Shown here one piece after another: positions 18,445 to 27,813 of a stretch of DNA of 64,000 nt. The notes under the pieces were generated by a model that did no database searches, was not told the DNA's origin, and was given only the letters and a program-made list of their open reading frames with translations. Made by a program: the position numbers and the translations under genes. Source of the stretch: Clostridia bacterium (GTDB taxonomy: Bacteria > Bacillota > Clostridia > Oscillospirales > CAG-272); NCBI GenBank assembly GCA_017504625.1, contig JAFVQU010000020.1, positions 258,738 to 322,737 on the forward strand. Reading direction: 5' to 3'. Position 1 is the first letter of the stretch. The number at the start of each line of letters is the position of its first letter.

Positions 18445-19511
18445 ATGAGAACCGAGGTCATTAGAATTACAGATTCAGAAATCCAGAGTGCTGATATTTC
18501 CCGTGCGGCAGCTCTCATAAAGTCGGGCGGACTTGTTGTTATACCCACCGAAACATGTACGGACTTGGCGGTGACGGCACAAATCCGTCTTCGTCACAAA
18601 AAATATATGCGGCAAAGGGCAGACCAAGCGATAATCCGCTTATTATTCATATAGCCGAGCCTGCTGATGCCGAGAAATACGCATATACCAATTCCCTTTA
18701 TTATAAGCTTGCGTCGGCGTTTATGCCCGGCCCACTTACAGTAATCCTAAAGAAAAAGGATATCATACCAAAGGAAACGACGGGGGGACTTGACAGTGTT
18801 GCGATTCGTTGTCCCTCGCATCCCGTTGCTCACGCGATAATCAAAGCGGCAGGGGTTCCTATTGCCGCTCCCTCGGCTAATATTTCGGGTAGACCGTCTG
18901 CAACCGAGGTTGAATACGTAATCGAGGATTTTGACGGTCGCGTTGATATGATCGTTGACGGTGGAGCATGTGAAATAGGACTTGAATCAACCATCGTACT
19001 TATAACCGAAAACAATGGCAAGGACGGACTTATTCTTCTCCGTCCGGGTGCGATTACATACGACGCGCTTTGCTGTGTATGCGATAATGTTACGATTTCC
19101 CCGACTATTGAGGGCACGCTTGGCGAAAACGAGCGACCGCTTTCTCCCGGAATGAAGTATAGACATTACGCACCGAGTGCTCCATTTATTCTGCTTGACG
19201 GAGATGATGATAATATAATCAAATTCCTTCAAAATGAGCAAAAAATTAAGAAATGCGCAGTTCTTTGCTATGATGAGGAAGCAGAGCTTCTTGATGAGAA
19301 ATTGTTGCTCCCCATTGGCAAACGCGATGATAAGATCATGCACGCGAGGAGCTTGTTCTCTCGCCTTCGCGAATGCGATCAGGTAAAACCCGACGTAATA
19401 TACGCACATATTCCCGACAAGGAAGGTCTTGGAATGGCGCTTTATAACAGAATGATACGCGCGGCGGCGCATACCGTTCTTAAAATTGACGATAACTTTG
19501 ACGAAAGGTAA
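18445..19511 (+). pseudogene. tsaC: L-threonylcarbamoyladenylate synthase (TsaC/Sua5/YwlC type) interrupted by a 1-nt frameshift
   Basis: Frame 1 (18445-18654) encodes ..LIKSGGLVVIPTET and then nonsense. Frame 3 from 18555 reads YGLGGDGTNPSSSQKIYAAKGRPSDNPLIIHIA and continues with the Sua5 C-terminal domain. The conserved PTET-x-YGLG motif is split at aca|tg|tac (18553-18560), which is consistent with one missing base. Confidence 0.8.
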
Positions 19512-19518
19512 TATATAA

Positions 19519-21765
19519 ATGGCAAGGAAGAAAAAACAGGACGAAGTACAGGAAATAGTCTACGCCCCCACTATACCCCAGCCTATAACAGAGACGATTG
19601 AAAAAAACTATATGCCATATACTATGAGCGTTATAGTTTCGCGTGCTATCCCCGAGATAGACGGCTTCAAGCCCGCGCACAGAAAGATCCTTTATACTAT
19701 GTACGATATGGGACTTTTAAAGGGAGCAAAAACAAAGAGCGCGAATATCGTCGGTCAGGTAATGAAACTCCACCCACACGGAGATCAGTCTATATATGAA
19801 ACTATGGTTCGTTTGACGCGAGGAAATGAAACCTTGCTTCATCCATTTATTGATTCCAAGGGAAGCTTTGGTAAGCAGTATTCGTCTGACATGAAGTTTG
19901 CCGCTCCAAGATATACAGAGGCAAAGCTCGATGCTTTTTGTGCGGAGCTTTTTGAGGGAATAGACAAAAACGCCGTAGATATGGTAGATAACTACGACGG
20001 CACGATGAAGGAGCCTTCCCTTCTCCCCACGACGTTTCCTAATATTCTCGTAACCCCCAATAGTGGAATTGCGGTAGGTATGGCGTCAGATATTTGCTCG
20101 TTCAATCTTGCCGAGGTTTGCGACGGTACGATAGCTTTACTTAAAAAGCCGGATATTTCAGTTGAAAAGATAATGGACATCATCAAAGCCCCGGATTTCC
20201 CCGGTGGCGGTCAGATAATCTATGATTACGAGCAGATGAAGTCGATATACGAAACGGGTGACGGTTCGTTCAAGATCCGTTCAAGATATTCGTATGATCC
20301 TGCCGCGAACTGCATCGATATACTTCAGATTCCCTATTCGACCAACATTGAACAGATACTTAATAAAATATCTGCTCTTGTAAAAGAAGGAAAACTTAAG
20401 GAGATCGTTGATTTCCGCGATGAAATCGATCTTAACGGCTTCAAGCTTACTCTTGATCTTCGTAAGGGTGTTGATCCCGATAAGCTTATGCAGAAGCTCT
20501 TTAAGATGACTCCTCTTGAAAGCAGCTTCAAGTGTAATTTTAATATAATTATTGACGCAGAGCCTCGTCAGCTTGGAGTTGTCGATATTCTCTCCGAATG
20601 GATAGACTTCAGAATGGCGTGCCTGCGCCGTGAGCTTGAATTTGACCTTGGCAAGAAGAAGGACAAGCTCCATCTCCTTACCGGTCTTGCAAAGATTTTG
20701 CTTGATATTGATAAAGCGATCAAGATCATAAGAAAGACCGAAAAAGATGAGGACGTTATCCCCAATCTTTGTGAGGGCTTTGACATTGACGAAATTCAGG
20801 CAAATTATATTGCCGATATCAAGCTCCGTAATCTTAACCGTGAATATATTCTTAACAGAGTATCCGAGATCAACAGCTTGCGTGAGGAGATAGCAGAGAT
20901 CGAGGAGATACTTGCCGATAAGTATAAGCTTAAGGCACTTATCGCAAAGCAACTTACAGAAATTAAGAAGAAATACGGAAAACCCAGAAAAACTCAGATA
21001 ATAAGCTCTGAAAATATCGAAGCCTACGTTGAGGAAGATTCTGTTGAAAATTATCCGTGTAAGATCGTTCTCTCCAAAGAGGGATATTTCAAGAAGATCA
21101 CGCTAAAATCCCTTCAGGGCAATGATCAGCAAACCTTCAAGGATGGAGATAGCCTGCGTGTAATGTTTGACGCCGAGAATAAAGACACCGTATTCTTTAT
21201 CACCAATCAAGCACAGCTTTACAGAGCGGATATCAATGATTTTGAAAACTGCAAGGCATCGGTTATCGGTGAATTTGTACCCGCAAAGCTCGGAATGGAT
21301 CCCGGTGAGCGTCCGATATTTATGAATATTCAAAGCAATTTCAGAGAAGGCTATAACTTCGTGTTCCTCTTTGAAAACGGTAAGGGTGTGCGTGTTCCCG
21401 AAAAGTCTTATGAAACCTCAAGCGTTCGTAGAAAGCTTAAGGGCATCTTCTCTATGGCATCACCCATAGTGGCAGTATTCTCGGAGGAAGAAAAGAAACC
21501 GTTTGAGATAATGCTCGTTTCAAACGACGATAGGGCCATCATCGTTAAGTCATCACTCATCCCGATAAAGACGACGAAAACTTCTATCGGTGTTCAGATA
21601 ATGACTGTCAAGAAGACTCAGAAGGTCGTAGACGCGCTGTCTGATTTTGAAGGCGTTTACGAGAATGCCAAAGGATACAGAAAGCTCAAGCTTCCCGCAA
21701 GCGGAACGCTTTTGAGTGACAAGGATATTAAAAAACAGCAAATGAGCATTGATGACACTAATTGA
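19519..21765 (+). CDS. Type IIA topoisomerase subunit A (ParC/GyrA-like, 748 aa)
   Basis: N-terminus YMPYTMSVIVSRAIPEIDGFKPAHRKILY, active-site AAPRYTEAKL, and a C-terminal beta-pinwheel-like region. No subunit B gene is adjacent. Confidence 0.85.
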   Translation: MARKKKQDEVQEIVYAPTIPQPITETIEKNYMPYTMSVIVSRAIPEIDGFKPAHRKILYTMYDMGLLKGAKTKSANIVGQVMKLHPHGDQSIYETMVRLTRGNETLLHPFIDSKGSFGKQYSSDMKFAAPRYTEAKLDAFCAELFEGIDKNAVDMVDNYDGTMKEPSLLPTTFPNILVTPNSGIAVGMASDICSFNLAEVCDGTIALLKKPDISVEKIMDIIKAPDFPGGGQIIYDYEQMKSIYETGDGSFKIRSRYSYDPAANCIDILQIPYSTNIEQILNKISALVKEGKLKEIVDFRDEIDLNGFKLTLDLRKGVDPDKLMQKLFKMTPLESSFKCNFNIIIDAEPRQLGVVDILSEWIDFRMACLRRELEFDLGKKKDKLHLLTGLAKILLDIDKAIKIIRKTEKDEDVIPNLCEGFDIDEIQANYIADIKLRNLNREYILNRVSEINSLREEIAEIEEILADKYKLKALIAKQLTEIKKKYGKPRKTQIISSENIEAYVEEDSVENYPCKIVLSKEGYFKKITLKSLQGNDQQTFKDGDSLRVMFDAENKDTVFFITNQAQLYRADINDFENCKASVIGEFVPAKLGMDPGERPIFMNIQSNFREGYNFVFLFENGKGVRVPEKSYETSSVRRKLKGIFSMASPIVAVFSEEEKKPFEIMLVSNDDRAIIVKSSLIPIKTTKTSIGVQIMTVKKTQKVVDALSDFEGVYENAKGYRKLKLPASGTLLSDKDIKKQQMSIDDTN

Positions 21766-21787
21766 CAATCAGGAAGGAATTTGTTAT

Positions 21788-21898
21788 ATGAGTGACAAGA
21801 AAAGAAAGATACTTACAAGAGTTCTTGCGATAGTACTTGCCGCATCTATGATCGCAAGCTCAGCATACTATCTTATAGCAACACTTTTAGTAGGATAA
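21788..21898 (+). CDS. Putative 36 aa single-pass membrane peptide
   Basis: Below the ORF-track cutoff. My translation is MSDKKRKILTRVLAIVLAASMIASSAYYLIATLLVG. AGGAAGG lies upstream, and a strong terminator follows immediately. Confidence 0.4.
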   Translation: MSDKKRKILTRVLAIVLAASMIASSAYYLIATLLVG

Positions 21899-21939
21899 AA
21901 AGAAATCACCGCCAACAGATCGTTGGCGGTGATTTCTTT
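21899..21939. terminator. Bidirectional rho-independent terminator
   Basis: An 18 bp stem: aaagaaatcaccgccaac (21899-21916) pairs with gttggcggtgatttcttt (21922-21939). It sits between convergent small genes. Confidence 0.8.
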
Positions 21940-21945
21940 ATTGAA

Positions 21946-22206
21946 TTATTCCTCTTCTTCAGGCTCGGTGTTAATGATTATGGTGTCAATCTCACCGTTT
22001 CCCGTTGTGTCAAGCATTATGGCATCTGCTTCTCCGTCGCCGTTAATGTCGACTCTGCCGAGTATTTCAGATTTGCATTTATCTTTAAGGAAATAATATG
22101 CAGCTGCAAGAGCGGCGCCTACCGCAACTACGGCAGAAGCTATGATAATTATAGTCTTAATTGGTGATTTCTTTTCTTCAACAACAATAACCTTGTTTTT
22201 GAACAT
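21946..22206 (-). CDS. Small membrane-anchored protein with two Dx[NT]G[DN]GExD calcium-binding-like motifs
   Basis: 86 aa with a TM anchor (IIIIASAVVAVGAALAAAYYF), then DINGDGEAD and DTTGNGEID, and an acidic tail. GGAGG serves as RBS. Confidence 0.55.
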   Translation of the reverse strand: MFKNKVIVVEEKKSPIKTIIIIASAVVAVGAALAAAYYFLKDKCKSEILGRVDINGDGEADAIMLDTTGNGEIDTIIINTEPEEEE

Positions 22207-22237
22207 AGTGTATTACCTCCGTATAAATTCAGTATGT

Positions 22238-22819
22238 TTAATATTGCGCGCGTGGGCCGCCTATATATTTTGGTCTTGTGTAGGCACTGTTTATACGCGC
22301 CTCGCCTACACTTGTAAGAGAAAGTCGCATCGGAACGGCAACCTCCTTCAGATGCATACCAATAAGCGTACCTCCAATGTCAATTCCCGCGTGAGCCTTG
22401 ATATGCTCAACTACAACGGGATCAGACATATTTTCATATGTGAGAGTTGCAAACGATCCTCCTGCCTTGGGCTGTGGAATTACGGACACTATATCATATC
22501 CGTATTTCTCTGCACACGAACGCTCGACAACGAGTGCGCGGTTGAGATGCTCACAGCACTGAGCGGCAAGAAAGATACCTTTTTCGCTTAGCTTTTTACT
22601 TATAATGTCAAAGACTACATTTGCGGCTTCAAAGCTTGAGCCTTTGCCTATATTCGATCCGACGATCTCACTTGAGGAGCATCCGACAACGAAAATATCG
22701 CCCGCCTTTAACGTGCATTTTTCAAGGATCTCGTCAACAACCGTCGTTATTTCTTCTTTGATTTTAACTGCAAAAGAGTCGCTTATCGGTGCGTCTGCGC
22801 CTCTATAATTTTCTGTCAT
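22238..22819 (-). CDS. TIGR01440 / UPF0340 (YwlG-like) family protein
   Basis: The 193 aa length and the blocks VVGCSSSEIVG and AAQCCEHLNRALVVER match my recollection of this family. Confidence 0.75.
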   Translation of the reverse strand: MTENYRGADAPISDSFAVKIKEEITTVVDEILEKCTLKAGDIFVVGCSSSEIVGSNIGKGSSFEAANVVFDIISKKLSEKGIFLAAQCCEHLNRALVVERSCAEKYGYDIVSVIPQPKAGGSFATLTYENMSDPVVVEHIKAHAGIDIGGTLIGMHLKEVAVPMRLSLTSVGEARINSAYTRPKYIGGPRAQY

Positions 22820-22837
22820 TTAAATTTCTCCCTGTAA

Positions 22838-23557
22838 TCAGTCGGCAACCTCGGCATCACATATAACGGTTACGTCAGGATGAAGCTTAAGAATTGTTGC
22901 GGGACAGCTTGTGCAGAATCTGTCGTTGAGAAGCTGTTCAAATGCTGCCTTCTTAGCCTTGCCGTTGATAAGAAGAATGATCTTCTTTGCGGCAAAGATA
23001 GTGCCCATGCCCATGGTAAGGGATGCGGTGGGCATGATCTCTCCCTCAGAGAAGAAGCGGGAGTTTGCCTGAATAGTGCTCTCGGTAAGAGCAGTCTTGT
23101 GGGTATTGAGATACAAGTTTTCTTCGGGCTCGTTGAACGCGATGTGACCGTTCTGACCGATTCCAAGAACCTGAATATCAATACCGCCAAGATCTTTGAT
23201 AAGCTGCTCGTATCTCTCGCATTCCTTATCGGGATCCTCTGCCAAGCCGTAGAGGACGTTGGTTCTATCCATGTCAATATTGATATGATTAAAGAGATTA
23301 TCGTTCATAAAGTAACGATAACTCTGATTATTTGCCGGATCAATAGGATAATATTCGTCGAGATTTACAGTTGTAATATCGGAGAAATCTATCTCGCCCG
23401 CCTTATTCATCTCAATAAGCTTTTTATACATTCCAACGGGCGTTGAGCCGGTTGCAAGACCAAGCACGGAGTTTGGCTTTGATTTGATCTGCTCTGCCAT
23501 AATATTTGCGGCGGCAGCGGACATCTCTTCGTAAGTGTTAAATTTCAAAAATTTCAT
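22838..23557 (-). CDS. nagB: Glucosamine-6-phosphate deaminase
   Basis: Blocks LGLATGSTP, NLDEY and LGIGQNGHIAFNEP. Confidence 0.9.
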   Translation of the reverse strand: MKFLKFNTYEEMSAAAANIMAEQIKSKPNSVLGLATGSTPVGMYKKLIEMNKAGEIDFSDITTVNLDEYYPIDPANNQSYRYFMNDNLFNHINIDMDRTNVLYGLAEDPDKECERYEQLIKDLGGIDIQVLGIGQNGHIAFNEPEENLYLNTHKTALTESTIQANSRFFSEGEIMPTASLTMGMGTIFAAKKIILLINGKAKKAAFEQLLNDRFCTSCPATILKLHPDVTVICDAEVAD

Positions 23558-23598
23558 AATAAAATCTCCTTAAATAAATATATAGATTTGAGAATTTC

Positions 23599-24696
23599 TT
23601 ACCAGTTGTCACTCTGATCGTTCGGGATAGCTTCCTTGATAGCGGCAATTGCGCACTCTATCATATCGTCCGTAGGCTCTTTTGTTGTTATCTTCTGCAA
23701 CCACACACCGGGAGCGGATATTATTCTTGTAAAAAGATTGTCGTGCTTGCCGGCAAGCTTTATCATTTCGTATCCGATTCCCACAACAATGGGAAGGAGC
23801 AGAATTCTTATAAGTGTTCTTATAAACGTTGAAGGTACTCCACCAAATATTACAAGACAGAGCGGATCAATGAAAAACGAGATGAATATGCCGATAAGAA
23901 GCATCAGAATAAGGAAGCTCGTTCCGCATCTGGGATGAAATCTTTTCTGCTTTCTAACGTTTTCTACCGTCAATTCAAGTCCCTGTTCATAACAGAATAT
24001 GGTCTTATGCTCTGCGCCGTGATACATAAAGGTTCTCTTTATGTCCTTCATAAGTGAGATCAACGCCATATAGACGATCAGTAGAACGATTTTAAATACG
24101 CCTTCAAAAACTGATTTGATGAGTGACGTTAATGCTGGATTTCCTGTTTCAAGTCCCGGGAAAAGATAAAGCGCGCCCTTGTATGCGTATGAAGGAACTA
24201 CGATAAACAGGAGAACGGAAAATGCTATTCCGATAACAACGCTAAGGAACATCAGAACACCCATAAGAGCGGATGATTCTTTCTTTTTCTCTTTTTCTTC
24301 AGCGTTATCCACTATTTCTTCATTTGAGTCAATCTTTTCATTTGCAGCTTCTTCTACAAGACCTTTTTTAGCTTTTTTTGCAGCCTTTTTCGCCGCTTTC
24401 TCTCGTTTGAGCTCCTCTTCAGCTTCTTCAAGACCTGAAATTTCGGCGGAGCGCATAAGACACTTCGTACCCATTACCATGGAGTCAATATAATTGAAAA
24501 CTCCTCTGATAAAAGGCCATTTTAAGAATGATGCGCGTTTTTTTGTTTCCGTTGGGAAGGTTTCTATTACCATTTCTCCCTGCGTATTTCTAACCGCCAT
24601 AGCTGACGTTTTTGGGCCTCGCATCATTATACCTTCCATAAGTGCTTGTCCGCCTATGGAGGTCTTTTTTGTGCAAGTATTATTATTCTTTGACAT
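23599..24696 (-). CDS. DUF1385 domain membrane protein
   Basis: Blocks GGQALMEGIMMRGP and YHGAEHKTI. It carries an inserted Lys/Ala/Glu-rich segment. ATG 24696 is preferred over the listed TTG at 24732. Confidence 0.8.
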   Translation of the reverse strand: MSKNNNTCTKKTSIGGQALMEGIMMRGPKTSAMAVRNTQGEMVIETFPTETKKRASFLKWPFIRGVFNYIDSMVMGTKCLMRSAEISGLEEAEEELKREKAAKKAAKKAKKGLVEEAANEKIDSNEEIVDNAEEKEKKKESSALMGVLMFLSVVIGIAFSVLLFIVVPSYAYKGALYLFPGLETGNPALTSLIKSVFEGVFKIVLLIVYMALISLMKDIKRTFMYHGAEHKTIFCYEQGLELTVENVRKQKRFHPRCGTSFLILMLLIGIFISFFIDPLCLVIFGGVPSTFIRTLIRILLLPIVVGIGYEMIKLAGKHDNLFTRIISAPGVWLQKITTKEPTDDMIECAIAAIKEAIPNDQSDNW

Positions 24697-24792
24697 ATAT
24701 ATACCTTTCAATAAACTTATATCTTTAAACAATATCTCAATATATTATAATATCACCTATTTATTAACTCCGTATGAATATGATTTGTTGAG

Positions 24793-24827
24793 AATAAGAA
24801 AAAACCTGCCATTTAAGGCAGGTTTTT
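24793..24827 (-). terminator. Rho-independent terminator of prs
   Basis: Stem aaaacctgcc (24801-24810) pairs with ggcaggtttt (24817-24826), with a U-run on the minus strand. Confidence 0.7.
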
Positions 24828-24840
24828 CAAAGAATATTTA

Positions 24841-25986
24841 TCAGACGTCGATCTTCATCTGACCGTGCTCTTCCATCTCTTTTCTGTGTTTTGCAACGAT
24901 GGTGTTAATTCTCTTTGCGGGATCAAGAAGCTCACTGATAGTAGCATCGTGGTTGAGCGTATCTATAATATAGGAAACGTACTTACACATATTTACGTTT
25001 ACGTGCCAAGGCTTTTCCATAAGTCCGGGACGGCGGTAAACGAGGTTGGTGGTAAACACCTTAGAGATGATTCCGTCGTTATAAGCCTTATCAAACTTAT
25101 CAAATCCGTCGGTGAAAAGACCGAAGGTCGAGAAGGCGAAAATTCTCTTTGCACCGCGAGACTTGAGCTGTGAGCAAACGTCAAGCATAGACTCGCCCGA
25201 GGAGATCATATCGTCAACGACGATAACGTCCTTGCCGGTCAGATCCTGACCGAGATATTCGTGAGCCTCGATGGGATTTTTACCGTTAATAATTACAGAG
25301 TAATTACGGCGCTTGTAGAACATACCGATGTCGATTCCAAGAACCGAGGAGTAGTACATACATCTGCTCATTGCTCCTTCGTCGGGAGAAATCATCATAA
25401 GGTTTTCTTTGTCGATAACGATATCGGGAACAGCCTTAATAAGTGCCTTTATCATTTGATAAGAAGGACGAACGTTGTCAAAGCCATTAAGAGGAATAGC
25501 GTTGCAAACTCTGGGATCGTGTGCGTCGAAGGTGATGATATTGGTAACGCCCATAGCAACGAGCTCCTGAAGCATAATCGCGCAGTCGAGAGATTCTCTC
25601 GTGCTTCTCTTATGCTGTCTGCCCTCGTAAAGCATAGGCATAATAACGGTTATTCTTCTTGCTTTACCCGCGATAGCAGCAATGATTCTCTTGAGATCTG
25701 CATAGTGATCGTCTGGGCTCATAGGTACTGTCTGACCGTACATGCGGTAGGTTACGCCGTAATTGAAAACGTCGCAGATAATGTATACATCCTGACCTCT
25801 CATCGACTGATGGATAAGTCCCTTACCCTCACCGGTGCCAAATCTGGGACAAATTGCTTCAACGAGATAGGTATCCTCGCTCGTATGTCTGCGCCATTCC
25901 TTAAGATAGTTGTCGACCTGCTCTGCAAAGGCCTCGCAACCCTTCATACCTATTACACTCAACTCTGCTATCTGTGCATCCTTCAT
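24841..25986 (-). CDS. prs: Ribose-phosphate pyrophosphokinase (long, 381 aa form)
   Basis: PRPP-binding loop VVDDMISSGESM and an N-terminal Prs-type fold region. GGAGG serves as RBS. Confidence 0.8.
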   Translation of the reverse strand: MKDAQIAELSVIGMKGCEAFAEQVDNYLKEWRRHTSEDTYLVEAICPRFGTGEGKGLIHQSMRGQDVYIICDVFNYGVTYRMYGQTVPMSPDDHYADLKRIIAAIAGKARRITVIMPMLYEGRQHKRSTRESLDCAIMLQELVAMGVTNIITFDAHDPRVCNAIPLNGFDNVRPSYQMIKALIKAVPDIVIDKENLMMISPDEGAMSRCMYYSSVLGIDIGMFYKRRNYSVIINGKNPIEAHEYLGQDLTGKDVIVVDDMISSGESMLDVCSQLKSRGAKRIFAFSTFGLFTDGFDKFDKAYNDGIISKVFTTNLVYRRPGLMEKPWHVNVNMCKYVSYIIDTLNHDATISELLDPAKRINTIVAKHRKEMEEHGQMKIDV

Positions 25987-26084
25987 TTTATCAATATCCT
26001 CCGAAAGTAGTAGTTTCTATGTGTGGAGGGGATATCGTGTGTATATACTATGATATCCCTCTCCGTCTTGCGTTGCTTGTCAGA

Positions 26085-27566
26085 TTAAACGATCTCTGCG
26101 ATCTTACAGAATCTTTCGTACGCCGCGTCCCAAGCTGCTCTGTCGCTTGTGGGCTCATAGTGCTTAAGCTCGAACGAGTTAGTAACTATTTCTCTTGCCT
26201 GCGAAAGATCCTTGACCTCGCCTGCAGCAATTGCCTGCATCATAAGGTTACCTATTGCAGTTGCCTCTTCAGGACCTGCGCAAACGGGAACGTTACAAGC
26301 ATCTGCAGTCATCTGCGAGAGGAACTTATCCTTTGTTCCACCGCCTACGACGTTGATCATAGCTGTCTTCTTATTCATAAGCTTATCAATAGATTCAACG
26401 GTATATCTGTACTTAAGAGCGAGAGATTCGTAAATGCAACGTACTACTTCACCAACCGACTCGGGAACGTGCTGACCGGTGATACGGCAGAATTCTCTGA
26501 TCTTCTCGGGCATATTGCCGGGAGTGTTGAAGGTATGATAATCAGGGTTGATAATGGATGCAAAAGGAGTTGCTTCCTTAGCCCAAGCCTCCATCTGTGC
26601 AAAGCTGTACTCATTACCCTCGCGCTTCCACTGTCTTCTGGATTCCTGAATGATCCAAAGACCCATGATGTTCTTGAGGAAACGAATGGTATCCATTGCG
26701 CCGCCCTCATTAGTGAGGTTTGCGTTCATAGTGCCGTCGTTGATAAGAGGCTCGGAAAGCTCTGCGCCCATAAGCGACCAGGTTCCGCTGGATATGTAAA
26801 TGAAGTCCTTATTCTGTGCGGGAACTGCAATAACAGCGCTTGCGGTATCGTGAGAAGCAACGTTTACAACCTTGATGTTGTTCTTACCAACCTCCTCGTT
26901 GATCTGAGGAAGGAGTGCGCCGAGATTGTTGCAGGGCTTTACAAGGGGAGCGAAGAGGGATCTCTTTACGCCGATCTTATCGGTAAGCTCAAATGCAAAG
27001 TCTCTCTTATACGCATCAAGAAGCATACCCGTAGATGCGATAGTGTACTCTGTTGCCATCTTACCTGTAAGGAAGTAGTTAAGAAGGTCGGGGATGAAAA
27101 GCATCTTATCGGCTCTTTCAAGAAGCTCAGCATCGTCACGCTTCTCTGCAGCGAGCTGATTGAGCGTATTGAAATCGGCTGCCTGAATGCCCGTTATTCT
27201 ATAAATTTCTTCGGGAGAAACAAAGTTCTTTACATAGTCTGTGATATTTACAGTTCTTGTGTCGCGGTAGTGAGTGGGGTTAGCCATCATTCTGCCGTTC
27301 TTGTCGATTAGTGCGTAGTCAACGCCCCAGGTGTCAATACCCATAGTAGAAATATTGTCACCCTCAATTACCGTTTTGGTGATCGAGTTTTTGATCTCAA
27401 AGAAAATTCTGAGAATATCCCAGGTGAATCTTCCGTTCACAAAAACGGGATCGTTTGAAAAACGGTGATTTTCGCGAAGTGTGAGTTTTTTTCCGTCAAA
27501 AGAGCCAACGATACCTCTTCCGCTGGACGCACCAAGGTCAATGGCAAGCATCTTAAGTTCAGACAT
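26085..27566 (-). CDS. FGGY-family carbohydrate kinase, rhamnulokinase-like
   Basis: N-terminus LAIDLGASSGRGIVG..HRFSN and C-terminus INVVGGG fit RhaB-like kinases. No other rhamnose genes are nearby. Confidence 0.75.
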   Translation of the reverse strand: MSELKMLAIDLGASSGRGIVGSFDGKKLTLRENHRFSNDPVFVNGRFTWDILRIFFEIKNSITKTVIEGDNISTMGIDTWGVDYALIDKNGRMMANPTHYRDTRTVNITDYVKNFVSPEEIYRITGIQAADFNTLNQLAAEKRDDAELLERADKMLFIPDLLNYFLTGKMATEYTIASTGMLLDAYKRDFAFELTDKIGVKRSLFAPLVKPCNNLGALLPQINEEVGKNNIKVVNVASHDTASAVIAVPAQNKDFIYISSGTWSLMGAELSEPLINDGTMNANLTNEGGAMDTIRFLKNIMGLWIIQESRRQWKREGNEYSFAQMEAWAKEATPFASIINPDYHTFNTPGNMPEKIREFCRITGQHVPESVGEVVRCIYESLALKYRYTVESIDKLMNKKTAMINVVGGGTKDKFLSQMTADACNVPVCAGPEEATAIGNLMMQAIAAGEVKDLSQAREIVTNSFELKHYEPTSDRAAWDAAYERFCKIAEIV

Positions 27567-27714
27567 AATACCCTCCGTAAAATAAGTTATTTAATTTGAA
27601 ATGGTTATACAAATAAAATTATACCACATACGCATTTGGATTGCTTGAATAAACTGTTAACATAAATGCCATTTTACAAATTATTTCATTTTATTTTATC
27701 TGTCGACGTGTGGT

Positions 27715-27742
27715 ACTGTTTTTCGCATTCAATCATAAAATA
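27715..27742 (+). promoter_or_regulatory. Candidate SigK-type promoter (AC-N17-CATAnnnTA) upstream of dpaAB
   Basis: AC at 27715-27716, a 17 nt spacer, and CATAAAATA at 27734-27742, about 70 nt upstream of the dpaA start. In Bacillus, spoVF is SigK dependent. Confidence 0.3.
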
Positions 27743-27813
27743 TAATGAGCGAGGACTTTAATAACAAAGACTCGTTTGCAGAATTCATCAGGCAATAAAA
27801 GTGAGATAAATTT

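Noticed and set aside
25261-26010. A 249 aa plus-strand ORF.
   Set aside because: It is antisense to prs, whose PRPP-binding loop and RBS are clear. It has no independent signals.
25974-27311. A 445 aa plus-strand ORF, the longest unexplained ORF in the track.
   Set aside because: It lies entirely antisense to the strongly recognisable FGGY kinase and the prs 5-prime end. It is Cys/Leu/Val-rich with no motif or RBS. It is a typical shadow ORF of a codon-biased gene.
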